Source of the DNA: the human T2T-CHM13v2.0 reference genome, Homo sapiens
Assembly (NCBI RefSeq): GCF_009914755.1
Contig: NC_060947.1
Length of the DNA stretch: 64,000 bases
Reading direction: 5' to 3' (one strand)
Shown: positions 26,043-46,279 of the stretch, one piece after another
How positions within the stretch are numbered: the first letter of the stretch is position 1
Layout: each line of letters begins with the position of its first letter
Notes under the pieces: generated by a model
Databases searched by the model: none
Seen by the model: only the letters and a program-made list of their open reading frames with translations
Told to the model about the DNA's origin: nothing
Position numbers and translations under genes: made by a program

Positions 26043-28712
26043 CAGGCATACCTCAGTTTATTGTGCCCTGCTTTATTGAACTTTGCAGATAATTGCATTT
26101 TTTACAAATTGGAAGTTTGTGGCAAGCCTACACCCAGTATGTCTACTGGCACCATTTTTCCAAGAGCGTGTGCTCACTTCATATCTCTGTGTCACATTTT
26201 GGTGATGCTCACTATATTTCAAATTTTATCATTATTCTTATACCTGTTGTGGTAGAAATTGATCTTTGATATTACTTTTGTAATTGTTTTAGGGCACCAT
26301 GGACCATGCCCTTATAAGACAGCTAAATGTTGTATATGCTCTATTCCACTAACCAACCATTCTTCCATCTCTCCGTGTGTTCTCAGGCCTCTCTGTTTCC
26401 TGAGACTGAACAAAATTGAAATTAGGCCAATTAATAACCATGCAATGATCTCTGAGTGTGCAAGGGAAAGAAAGAGCTGCGCATTTCTCACTTTAAATCA
26501 AGAGCTAGAAATGATTAAGCTTAGTGAGGAAGGCATGTCAAAAGCCAAGATAGGCTGAAAGCTACTTGAGTCAGTTAGCCAAGTTGTGAATTCAGAGGAA
26601 AATTTCTTGGAGGAAATTAAAAGTACTACTCCAGTGAACACACAAATGATAAGAAAGTAAAACAGCCTTCCTGCTAATAGGAGTACACTTTGGTGTTCTG
26701 GATAGAAGATTTTAGCAGCCACAACATTCCCTTCAGCCAAAGCATAATCCAGGGCAAGGCCTTAACTCTGTTTAACTCTTTGAAGGCTGAGAGAGGTGAG
26801 GAAGTTGCAGAAAGAAGTTGGAAGCTAGCAGGGTTGGTTCATGAGTTTTACGGAAATAAGTCATCTCCATAACATAAAAGCACAAGATGAAACAGAAAGT
26901 GCTGATGTAGAAGGTGCAGCAAGTTATCTATAAGTTATAGTTAAGATAATTGATGAGGATGTCTACACTAAAAACAGATTTTCAATGTAAACAATACAGC
27001 CTTCTATGGAAAGAAAGAAGATTCCATTGAGGATTTTCAGAGTTAGAGTGGAGAAGTCAATGCATGGATTCAAAGCTTCAAAGGAAGAATTCTTTTGTTA
27101 GGGGTTAATGCAGCTGGTGACTTTAAGTTGAAGCCAATGTTAACTTACCATCCTGAAAATTGTAGGGCCTTTAAGATTTATGCCAAGTCTTCTCTGCCTG
27201 TGTTCTGTAAATGGAACAACAAAGCTTGGATGATAGTACGTATGTTTACAGTATGGTTTACCGAATATTTTAAGCCTGCCATTGAGATCTACATCTCAGT
27301 AAAAAAGACTCTTTTCAAAATATCACTGTTTATTGACAATGCACCTGTTCACCTGAGAGCTCAAATGACAAGGCGATTGGTGTTGTTTTCATACCCACTA
27401 ATGCAATATTCATTCTGCAGCCCACAAATCAAAGAGCAATTTTGATTTTCAAGTCTTATACTTAAGACATACATGGCATGAGGCAATAGCTGCTATAGAT
27501 AGTGATTCCTCTGATGGATCTGGGAAAAATACATTGAAAACCCTCTGGAAATGATTTGCATTAAGAACATTCGTGATCCATAGGAAAAGATCAAAATACC
27601 AACATTAACAGGAGTTTGAAAGAAGTAGATTCCAACCCTCATGGATGACTTTGATGCCTCAAGACTTCAGCAGAAGAGGTAACTGCAGATGTGGTAGAAA
27701 TAGCAAGAGACCTAGAATTAAAAATGGAGCCTGAAGATGTGACTGAATTGCTGAAATCTCATGGATAAAACTTGAATGGATGAGGAGTTGCTTCTTATGA
27801 ATAAGCAAAGAAAGTGATTTATTGAGATGGAATCTACTCCTAAAGATACTGTGGACATTATTGAAATGAAAACAAATAACTTAGAATACAGTTGTTCCTT
27901 GAACAACAGAAGTTTGAAGTGTGCTGGTCCACTTATATGCAGGTTTTCTTCTGCCTCTGCCACCCCTGAGATAACACAACCAATACCTTCTTTCTCCTCC
28001 TTAGTCTACTCAATGTGAAGACAACAAGCACGAAGACCTTTATTATGATCTACTTCTACTTAATAGTGAATATATTTTCTTATGATTTTCTTAATAACAT
28101 TTTATTTTCACTAGCTTAGTTTATTAAAATAATACAGCATATGATACATATAATATACAAAATATGTGTTAATCAGCTGTTTATGTTATCAATAAAGCTT
28201 CTGGTCAACTGTATGCTACTTGTAATTAAGATTTGGGAGAATAAAAAGTATATGCAGAAAGAAGTTTACTGTGGGTAAAATGCTATCAAGTGGCATTTTA
28301 TGCTGCAGAGAAAACTTTTGTGAAAGGAAAACTTTTGTGAAGTTTGTGACAAACTTCATTCTTGTCTTATGTTTAAAAATTGCCACAGCCATCCCAGGCT
28401 TCAGCAACCACCACCCTGATCAGTCAGCAGTCATCTACATGGAGGTGTGACTCTCCATCATAAAAAAGATGACAATTCTCTGAAAGGCTCAGATGATTAT
28501 CAGCGTTTTTAGAAATAAAGTATTTTTAAAATGAGTTATGTATTTTGTCCCTTTTTACACATGCTATTGCACACTTAATATATTACAGTATAGTATAAGC
28601 ATAACTTTTGTATGCACTGGGAAACCAAACAAATTGTGTAACGTTTTACTGCAATATTCACTTTACTGTAGCAGTCTGGAACCAAATCTACACTATCTCC
28701 AAGGTATGCCTG
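26043..28712 (+). mobile_element. Tigger1 (TcMar/pogo) DNA transposon, near full length, decayed transposase
   Basis: TIRs CAGGCATACCT...AGGTATGCCTG with TA on both sides. Transposase fragments LEMIKLSEEGMSKAKIG and LGVNAAGDFKLKPMLTYH...IDNAPVH. Confidence 0.96.
27889..28257 (+). mobile_element. Tigger2a/MER28-like MITE nested in Tigger1, right end missing
   Basis: TA|CAGTTGTTCCTTGAACAAC...GGTCCACTTATATGC...CTCTGCCACCCCTGAGA; Tigger1 resumes at ~28258. Confidence 0.8.
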
Positions 28713-28826
28713 TATTATTTCTCACAAGTATCTCAAACTCAACAATCCAGAACTACACTCAATCTCCCTATCCCACCAAAAGAAGGTTCCCCATTTCTCA
28801 GTGTTCCTCATTCTTCTAAATCATAC

Positions 28827-29307
28827 TGTAGCAGGACAAGCCACAGACAAAACCTCTCAGACACCGAGTTGTAGAAGGAAGGGCTTTACTCAGCTGGGAG
28901 CATCAACAAGCTACTGCCTTAAAATCCGAGCTCCCTGAGTGCACAATTTCTGTCCCTTTTAAAGGCTCACAACACTAAAGATTTTACATGAAAGGGTCAT
29001 GATTGATTTGAACAAGCAAGCGGTTCGTGACAGTGGCTGCATGCACCGGTGGTCAGAGAGAAACAGAACAGGGCAGGGAGTTTCACAATGTTCTTCTATA
29101 CAATGTCTAGAATCTATGAATAACATCAGTTTCTAAGTCATGGGTTGATTTTTAGCTACTAGGTTTGGGCCAGGCCGGCCTAGGTCCAGTTTTGGGCCTG
29201 GTGCCGGGCTGCCTGTCTTTGATTTCACTTCCTTGTTTTTTTTCTTAAAACAGGTACTGAGTATAAAACAATATAAAACAATATGAGAGGATCTCTCTCT
29301 TCCCTCA
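28827..29307 (-). mobile_element. LTR15 (ERV1) solo LTR
   Basis: Minus strand begins TGAGGGAAGAGAGAGATCCTCTCATATTGTTTTATATTG and ends TGCTACA; flanks atac/gtac. Confidence 0.82.
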
Positions 29308-30669
29308 GTACCACCGTCCACCTGTTTCTCATGAATTTCAAACAAAATACCAAAACGTTAACAACATCCTGAACTACCAACCACTGCTTTTCTTATCTTT
29401 GGCCAGTACACTTCCCTGCCCACTAAGATCCAGCCCCATTGGTTTTCTTTAAGTTCCTCAAATATATCTCAAGGCCTTGGCACTTATTATTTCTTCTCTT
29501 TCACCTTCACTCGTAGTTATACTTCAGAATTCAGCTTATGTGTTTTCTTAATTCAAAGTAGATTTTCCCTAACCTATAATTTAAATTAGATCTCCTCATA
29601 AGTAGTGATTATAAATGTATTTTCATGAATGCTTATTTAACATCTGTATTACCATGAGATTCTTCACTCCATGTGTGCAGGGACCACTGTTTTATACACT
29701 GTTGTACATGCAGTACCTAGCACAGTGCCAGTGCATTGCAGGTAATTAGAATAGTTAATGAAATAATGAATGCATAAATACATAAAGATAAAGCATTAGT
29801 GATATTCTCAGTGTTAAGAAAAGAATGTCCTTTGTTACCTCACTCATTAAATACAGTGTATACCTCTAAAAGTTTTTGCCAATTCAATAGGACATAACAA
29901 AAGTTTCAAGGGATTTAATCATTGAAAAATAGGTGAAAAATTCTTAGTATTTGTTCACTGTTTACCAAGAAAAACAATGAGATTGCACTGAAAATTTGAT
30001 AGAACCCTAAAGATAGTTTAATAAGGTAATTAGTCTCAAATTAAATATATAATTTTTTTCTATCAGAAATAACAAGTTAGAAAGTAGACTATAAAATAGA
30101 TTTATTTCAAGTGGTGAGAAAAAACATGTAATAATTAGGTATAAATAACTTCAAATCACAGATGTCAAAGTAAATGTGACTATGTCTCTTGCTCTTCTCT
30201 AAAACAAGCTAAAAACAAGAAGAATGAAAAAGAAAGAAAAGCTACATCCCCAGCGAAACATTTTTAAAAATACTCTCAAGTGACAATCTATGCATAAGGC
30301 TGTCCGATGCGGAAAAAAATTGACCTCACTGAATGAGGAAACCAAGAGTAGAATACAAATCTCAGCAGATCTTTGGTGACATAGAAGGTTCTATAAAAGG
30401 GGATGTACATCCTTAGGGGCCACATCAATAATCTCTTAAAGATTTGTGCCTGAGCTCTCTTAAAACAATAGAATGGCAGAAGAACAAGGGATGAATATTA
30501 GAATGCACAGATATGTCGTCCATCAATGAATGAGGTGGGGAAAACGGTCATTAGCAGTCAGCTCTGCAATATAGTTATAGAGAAATACTGTAACACAAAA
30601 ACTTCATTGCTGGTCAGTCTTTCAGTGGTTCTCAGCTGGATGTGGTACAATCTTTTACCTTTTGGGGGG

Positions 30670-30817
30670 GGGGTTCTCAACCTCAACACTACTGATATTT
30701 TGGACTACATAATTCCTTTTGTGGGGGATGTCCTGTGAACTGTAGAATGTTTAACAGCATTTTAGGCCTCCTCAGTTGTAGCCACCAAAAATGCCTCTAG
30801 ATACTACCAAATGTTAC
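30670..30817. mobile_element. MER20 hAT element, left part (right part at 35726-35764)
   Basis: ggttctcaacctcaacactactgatattttgg...gaatgtttaacagcat; resumes after MLT2 with cctggttgacaccactg. Confidence 0.7.
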
Positions 30818-33800
30818 TGTATTAGTCAGGGTTCCCCAGAAAGACAGAACGAATAGGATATTTTATATGTATATTATATATATATAAAATATATATTACA
30901 TAATACATAAAATATATAATACATAAATATATATAATACACATAATATATATTAAATATTAAACATTAAATATTAATATTTAATTTTAAATCCAATTTTA
31001 CTATATAAAATAATTTATTTTTTATTTATTTATTACTTATGATTAATTATTTTCTAATTATCTATTTCTTTAATTTATTTGATTATTTGATTATTAAAAA
31101 TTATTTTATATATTTTATTTATTAATTAAATGATTTTATTTAATGAATTATTTAATTAAACTTCATTAATATATTAAATATTAAATATTACATTAAATAT
31201 TAAACATAAATATATAATATATAATATATGTAACATATATAATATATATAACATATAATATATAATATATAACATATAACATATAATATATAATATATAA
31301 CATATATAATATATAATGTATATAACATATATAATACACAATCTATACAACATATATAATATATACTATATATAACATATATTATATAATATATAAAATA
31401 TATGACATATATTTGATAATAATTATATAATATATACCATATATAATATTAGATAATAATATATAATATATATCATACACACTATAAAATATATAATATA
31501 TAATATATGATGTATAATGTATAATATATAACGTATATAATATATAATTTATAATAAATAATTTAAATATAATTTAATTATTTAATTTACTTATTTGATT
31601 TAAAAATTTTTAATTATTTTATTTATTTTATTTATTAATTAAATGATTTTATTTAATGAATAATTTAATTAAATTTAATTTATATATTAATATTAAACAT
31701 TAATATATAATATATAATATATAACATATATTACATAACATACATTATATAATATATGACATATATTATATAACACATAACATACACGTTATACGTTATA
31801 CAATACATAACACACATAACATACACGTTATACGTTATACAATACATAACACACATAACATACACGTTATACGTTATACAATACATAACACACATAACAT
31901 ACACGTTATACGTTATACAATACATAACACACATAACATACACGTTATACGTTATACAATACATAACACACATAACATACACGTTATACGTTATACAATA
32001 CATAACACACATAACATACACGTTATACGTTATACAATACATAACACACATAACATACACGTTATACGTTATACAATACATAACACACATAACATACACG
32101 TTATACGTTATACAATACATAACACACATAACATACACGTTATACGTTATACAATACATAACACACATAACATACACGTTATACGTTATATAATACATAA
32201 CATACATGTTATATGTTATATAATACATAACATACATAACATATATAATGTGACATATATAACATATATGACATAACATATTATATAACATATATAACAT
32301 ATATCACATATTATATGATAAATAACATATATCACATATTATATGATAAATAACATATATCACATATTATATGATAAATAACATATATCACATATTATAT
32401 GATAAATAACATATATCACATATTATATGATAAATAACATATATCACATATTATATGATAAATAACATATATCACATATTATATGATAAATAACATATAT
32501 CACATATTATATGATAAATAACATATATCACATATTATATGATAAATAACATATATCACATATTATATGATAAATAACATATATCACATATTATATGATA
32601 AATAACATATATCACATATTATATAATATATAACATACATATATACATATATAACATACATTATATATTATATACATATGATATATATTATATATATTAT
32701 ATACAGATATATATTATATATATTATATACAGATATATATTATATATATTATATACAGATATATATTATATATATTATATACAGATATATATTATTTATA
32801 TTATATACAGATATATATTATATATATTATATACAGATATATATTATATATATTATATACAGATATATATTATATATATTATATACAGATATATATTATA
32901 TATATTATATACAGATGATATATATTATATATATTATATACAGATGATATGTATTATATATATTATATACAGATGATATGTATTATATACCTATTATATA
33001 TTATATATATTATATACCTATTATATATATTATATATATTATATACCTATTATATATATTATATATATTATATACCTATTATATATTATATATATATTAT
33101 ATACCTATTATATATTATATATATATTATATACCTATTATATATTATATATATTATATACCTATTATATATTATATATATATTATATACCTATTATATAT
33201 ATTATATATATTATATAACTATTATATATATTATATACCTATTATATACCTATTATATATATTATATATATTATATACCTATTATATATTATATATTTAT
33301 TATATATATGATGTATATTATATACATATTATATATATTATATACTTATATATATGATGTATATTATATACAAATTATATATATCATATACTTATTACAT
33401 ACATGATGTATATTATATACATACCTATATTATATACTTATTATATATTATATTATATACATATTATATATATTATATACTTATATATATTATGTATATT
33501 ATATACATATTATATATAGTATACTTAATATACATATTATGTATATCATATACATATTAAATATATTATATACTTAATCTATATATTATGTATATTATAT
33601 ACATATTATATATATTATATACTTTAAATATTATGTATATTATATACATATTATATATATTATATACTTTATATATTATGTATATTATATACATATTATA
33701 TATATTATATACTTAATCTATATATTATGTATATTGTATACATATTATATATATTATATACTTAATCTATATATTATGTATATTGTATACATATTATATA

Positions 33801-35725
33801 CATTATATACTTAATATATATTATATATAATAGATATATTATATATAATATATATTATATATATAATTATATATATTATATATAATATATATTATATATA
33901 ATTATATATATTATATATAATTATATGTAATATATATAATATAATTATATGTAATATAATTATATATATTATATATAATTATATGTAATATAATTATATA
34001 TATTATATATAATTATATACATTACATATAATTGTATATGTTACATATAATTGTATATTATATATAATTGTATATATTACATATAATATAATTATATAAA
34101 ATTATATATATTATATATGTTATGTATATAATTATGTATATAATTATGTATATAATTATATACATAATTATGTATAATTTATATAATATATATAATTATA
34201 TATAATTATGTACAATTTATATGATATATATAATTATATATAATTTATATGATATATAATTATATATATCATATAAATTATATATATCATATATAATTAT
34301 ATATATCATATAAATTATATATATCATATATAATTATATATATTATATATAATTATATATAATATGTATAATACATTATATATAATATATCATATATATA
34401 ATATATATAATTATATATATTATACATATTATATATAATATATATTATACATATACATTATATATATTATATATACACATTATATAATATATAATATATT
34501 ACATATTATATATTATATAATATATAATATATTATATATACAATATATTATATATAATATATAATCTAATATATATATAATATATTAATATATAATATAT
34601 TATATATATAATGTATATATATAATATATATACATTATATATATATTATATATAATATTGGTATATAATTACATAATTGTATAATTATAATAGAATTATA
34701 TATTATGTATTATATATGATATATAATACGTATTATATGATATATAATACGTATTATATATGATACATAATACGTATTATGATATATAATACGTATTATA
34801 TATGATATATAATACGTATTATATATGATATATAATACGTATTATATTATATATAAAATATTATATATTTTATATGTGTATTATATATTATATATGTTAT
34901 ACAGTATATATGTAATATACATAATATATATTATATAACATATAATATATACTATATAACATATATATCATATATATCATATATAACATATATAATATAT
35001 ATAATATAATATATATAATATATATTATATATTATAATTATATTATATATATTATATATAATTATATTACATATTATAATATAATCGTATTATATAATTA
35101 TATAATACATTATATAATTATATAATATAATTACATTATATAATTATATATTACATTATATAATTATATATAATTACATTATATAATTATATATATTATT
35201 ATGCTATATATTATATTTAATTATGTAATTATAATATATAATATATATTTGGGGCAGAGGTGATTTATTAAGAGAATTGTCTTTCATGATTATGGAGCTG
35301 AAAAGTCCCCTGATAGGCTAGAGGACCAATGAAGTCCATTGTATGGCTCAGTAAGTCCAAGTCTGAAAGCCTCACAATCAGCCCCAGAACCAAGGGTAGG
35401 GAAATGGGCACTGGTGCAAGTCCTGGAGTCCAAAGGCCAGAAAGCCTGGATTTCTGATGTCCAAGAGCAAGAGAAGAAAGTTGTCCCACCTCTACAAGAG
35501 AGAGAACAAATTTACATTTCTTCCTCCATTCTGTTCCATTTTGGCCCCCAGCTGGTAGGATGATGCCTACCCACACTGAGGGTGGACCTTCTCCACTCAA
35601 TCTACCAACTTATACACCAATCTCCTCCAGAAACACCCTCACAGACACACTTATGAATAATGATTTACCAGGTATCTAGGTATCCCTTATTTCAGTCACG
35701 TTGACATCTAAAATTAACCATCACA
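30818..35725 (-). mobile_element. MLT2B-like (ERVL) solo LTR split by the AT expansion
   Basis: TGTATTAGTCAGGGTTCCCCAGA... at 30818 and ...AAAATTAACCATCACA at 35725; LTR body at 35250-35725. Confidence 0.88.
30860..35250. repeat. Compound AT-rich micro/minisatellite (~4.4 kb)
   Basis: Almost only A/T. Sub-arrays: 39-bp x ~10 (31773-32190), 28-bp x ~11 (32295-32625), 26-bp x ~11 (32680-32975), ~22-26-bp variable (32975-33290), ~40-bp (33545-33810), ~20-22-bp (34715-34845). Confidence 0.98.
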
Positions 35726-35949
35726 ATCCCTTAGGAAACAAAACCATCCTGGTTGACACCACTGTCAAAGGACATTTGTAAACGTGTGTGGATGTTTTTG
35801 ATTGTCACAGTGATGGAGAGGTACATTACTGGCATTTAGTGAAAAGGTGTATGTGTGTGTCTGTGTCTGTCCACTGGAAGTAGTAGAATAACTTCCTTCT
35901 GAATGCAAATTTCCAAAACTGACCAAGGTCTGAGCTGGAAGAAGAGGAT

Positions 35950-36348
35950 AAGTTTCAGATTGCATGTAAGAAAAAAGTTTTTATTTAGATTAGATTGAGT
36001 TTCTGATATCTAAAAATATATTTTTAATTAATAACTGAAAATTACCAAGAAGCTATGAGATCTATCCAGTATGTCACTCAGGAGCAAGAAACATGCAACA
36101 AAGTATGCTTGAAGGAAAGTGGTAAAAGACAAATAAAGTTGATTATTGCATTAATAAAATCGACCCATTTGACACCTTATATATAAAAGACCGCAATATA
36201 CAAATTGAATGAACTCACAATGTTCTAGAAAAGATGGACAAATATTAAAAAGACAAATCTTTGTAAAATTAGCTAATTTCAAATCAAAGAAAGTATTCTA
36301 TAGACATGATGCAAAATAATCACTTGTGTATAGAAATGAGAACTCAGG
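35950..36348 (+). mobile_element. HAL1/old L1 ORF1-like fragment (continues at 43120-43500)
   Basis: ORF1-like aatttcaaatcaaagaaagtattcta...; continues gattatgccccaagaatgctatgtc...ccttcaaacataaagg beyond the younger L1. Confidence 0.55.
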
Positions 36349-36764
36349 TAAAGGACCTTGACAGCTCTGGATGCCCAGAAAGGCAGCAATGCAGCTGATG
36401 ACATTACGCCATGACATACTCCTGGCTGGGCGGCAGCTGTAGTGTTAGCTTTGGCTACAGCAGTAGCCACTGCTGGTAGCCGGCAGATGGAAGGAAGGTG
36501 GGTGTCCGGCCCCACTGGTGGACCATGGGGCCAAAGTTCCAGCCCTGCTCAGGGGCCAAGCCAGCAGTGCCTTCATCACAGCTAGGCAGCAGTCTCCATC
36601 TGGGCTCGGGCCCCAGCTGCTGCCACCGACAGTCACCCAGAGAAGTTGGGGTCCGAACTGGATGCGTACAGGGCCCTGGACCCCAGCACCGTGCCAACCC
36701 CAGAGGAACTGGCTCCCTGTGTCCTCCCTCTCTGGGAGCTCCACATGGGTAGCTAAGAAAGTGG

Positions 36765-43117
<6,353 letters not shown>

Positions 43118-43526
43118 ACGCTCAGGCTGATCTCAATCTTCCCGCTAAAATACAGTAGAACAGTATTCAGAAAATCCTCAGAGAAAGAGATTATGCCCCA
43201 AGAATGCTATGTCTATTCAATCTATCCTTCAAACATAAAGGTAACTGATAGCTGTTTTTAACATGCAAGAATGCAGAAATAGAGTAAACCTTAGCAATTC
43301 TCAGAAAAAAATACTTGAGGTTAAAATGAAGACAAACAAGAGAAGAAAGGGAAAAAACCAATATGAAAAGAATGATAGTGAGCATTTACTTAAATATAGA
43401 ACTAAATTTAATGACAAGTGGAATTACAGAACACACAAAATATATGGTTACAAAAATATAGAAAAACTAGTGAACAGAGAACAGAAACAGCTAACAATGA
43501 CAGGTGATGGGAGGAGGCAGGAACTG

Positions 43527-44382
43527 GTTGTTAGTTGCCTGTCAATGTCTATGCACTGCTTCTTCCTTACTAGCATAACACAACTTCCATTTGGGAAAGC
43601 AACATGTCCAGCTAAAAGTATTTGCTTTCTCACACTTTCAGCCTGGCTGGACATGAGACCAAGTTCTGGCCAATTAGGTCCAACAGCAACTTGCTAGATG
43701 ACACTTATAGGAAAATTTTAAAGGACAAAGACTTGGTTGGCTGTTGTCTTGGTCTGGGGCTGCTATCAAAAAATGCCATAAACAAGGTATTTTATAAACC
43801 ACAGAAATTTATTTCTCACAACTTGTTGACTGGGAAGTCCAAGATCAAGGCAGATTCAGTATCTGGTGAGGGCCCCCTTCCTGGTTCACAGATGTCCATC
43901 CTTTCACTGTTACTTCACATGGTGAAAGGGATGAGGGTCTCTCTGAGCCTCTTTTTAAAGTTGCACTAATCCCATTCATGAGGGCTCTGCCCTCATGGTC
44001 TAGTTACCTTCTAAAGGCCCTACCTACTAATATCATAACCTTGGGAGTTAGAATTTCAACATGTGAATTTAGGGAAACTCAAACATTCAGTCCATTGCAG
44101 CAGCCATACCCCTTTCTCCTTGTTTCTGCTGTGAACATGAACTCATGACTGGAAGTTTAATACCATAAGGTGGCAAACATGAAGATGAATGTCCATGTGC
44201 TAAGGGCAGCAGGGTAGAAAGATGAAAGAAGCCTGGGTCCCTGATGCCTTCTCTCAGTCATACCAACTCCAGATTGCCTAATCCTGGAGATCTTAGTGCA
44301 CAGAATGAGCAAATTCCTTATGTATTTACCCATCATTAGTGTTGTATTTTGTTATTTGCAAACCTGCATTCCAAAATGATAC
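43527..44382 (+). mobile_element. Old ERVL LTR (LTR33-like) hosting an MLT1A
   Basis: ggacatgagaccaagttctggccaat...gaagcctgggtccctgatg...tttgttatttgca. Confidence 0.55.
43745..44099 (-). mobile_element. MLT1A-like MaLR LTR
   Basis: gaaatttatttctcaca...gggaagtccaagatcaaggcag...cactaatcccattcatgagggctctgccctcatg...acattcagtccattgca. Confidence 0.88.
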
Positions 44383-45249
44383 TGTGAGACACAGAGACAT
44401 GGCATACGGGAAAGATATACTTCTCATTGTATACATTTTTGTATTATTATGTTTTGCCATGTCACTGTCTTACATTGTTTATTTTTAATCTAGAAAATAT
44501 TAACCAAAAATGCTTAGTAATAAATAAGAATGTAGACTATATATAACAAACATATGGACCTTACTGAAGTACCTAAAATAACGTATTCACATAAGGTGAC
44601 TTTAAGAGTTTAATTATTCAAAAACAAAATTTGAAACATATTTTTATGTAAAATTTACCAAAAGTTTAAAATATTCATCAGAAAAAAACAGATAAAATAG
44701 TCAACAAAATTTTGCAAAGAGAGAGTAATGAAGAGGCTGCTACATTATCTGACATTAAAACGTATTCTAAAATTACAATCATTAGAACAATAAGATATAA
44801 GAATAGACAAACATATTTACATGATATTATAAACGTCTCAGAAGTAGATCTTAACCCATAGAAGAAGAGTATATGATTAGGCACCATTCCAGATTAATAA
44901 GGAAAGAAGGAGTTCTTCAGTAATGACACTGGAATTGTTGGTTGGCAACTTGGCAAATTTTTAAAAGTGGATTTTTTTAGTTTATACCATCCTCTAAGAT
45001 AAATTCCATATGGACTAAAAATATTAATTGCAGACTTCTATTTCTAACAAAATAGTATACTAATTTCATGGACAAAATGAAACAAGAATTGTTTAAATGC
45101 ATAGATGTACTCTCAAGAAAGAGAAAGGAACTGGTGACAGAGCAAAGAGCATTAGGCAATAGGCACATAAGTTGACCCCAAATCCTTGAGAATAAAGGAA
45201 ATTTAAACAATCCAATAAAGTGCAAGAAGAAAAAAAAAGGATTTGTTTT

Positions 45250-45694
45250 TACTTTTTATTTTTTTAAACTTTTATTTTAGATTCAAAGATACATATGCGC
45301 AAGTTTGTTATACAGGTAAATTGAGTGTCATGGGAGTTTAACAAACAGATTATTTCATCACCTATGTAATAAGCACAGTACAGGATAGGTAGTTTTTCAG
45401 TCCTCACCCTCCTACCACCCTTCACTTTCAAGTAGGCTCCAGTGTCTATTTTTCCCTTATTTATGTCCATATGTACTCGATGTTTAACTCTCACTCATAA
45501 GTGAGAACATGCAGTATTTGGTTTTCTGTCTCTGTGTTCGTTTGCTTAGGATAATGGCCTCCAGCTCCGTCCATATTGTTGCAAAGACATGATCTCATTC
45601 TTTTTTGTGGCTACATAATATTCCATGGTGTATATGTGCCACATTGTCTTTATCCAGTCTACCATTGATGAGCATTTAGGTTGATTCCATATCT
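45250..45694 (-). mobile_element. L1PA15/16-like 3' end
   Basis: Poly-T followed by antisense 3'UTR and ORF2 end (ataagtgagaacatgcagtatttgg). Confidence 0.9.
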
Positions 45695-45734
45695 CACAGC
45701 AAATGTGGTGCTTACTGGTAAAATATTTAAAATA

Positions 45735-46275
45735 CAATCTCATTATTGGGTATATACCCAAAGGAATATAAATAGTTCTACCGAAAACACACATGTACTT
45801 GTATGTTTATTGCAGCATGATTCACAACAGCAAAGACATGGAATCAACCCAGGTGCCCATCAAAGATGGATTGCATAAAGAAAACATGGTATATATACAC
45901 CATGGTATACTATGAAGCCATAAAAAAGAGCAAAATCATATCCTTTGCAGCAACAGGGATACAGCTGGAGACCATTATCCTAAGTGAATTAATGTAGAAA
46001 AAGAAAAACAAATATCACATGTTCTCACTTATAAGCAGGAGCTAATCGTTGGGTACACATGAACATAAAGATGGGAACAACAGACACTGGGGAATTCAAA
46101 ACAGGAGAGAAAAGAAAGGGGCAAGAATTGAAAACCTATTTACTGGGGACTATGTTCACCACCTGGGTGACAGAATCACTCATATCCCAAACCTCAGCAT
46201 CATGTAATATATACATGTAACAAACCTGCACATGTACCCCTGAATGCAAATTTTTAAAAAGAAATGAAAAAAAAT
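45735..46275 (+). mobile_element. L1PA16/17-like 3' end
   Basis: gggtatatacccaaagg...catgtaacaaacctgcacatgtacccctgaat plus A tail. Confidence 0.9.
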
Positions 46276-46279
46276 GTGA

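Noticed and set aside
26259-27963. Domesticated TIGD-like transposase gene
   Set aside because: Tigger1 ORF is fragmented by stops and a nested MITE; TIRs are retained.
31731-33560. Long Y/I/M-rich ORFs, and arrays that superficially resemble CRISPR
   Set aside because: Translation artefacts of AT minisatellites; units are head-to-tail with no unique spacers, in a eukaryotic context.
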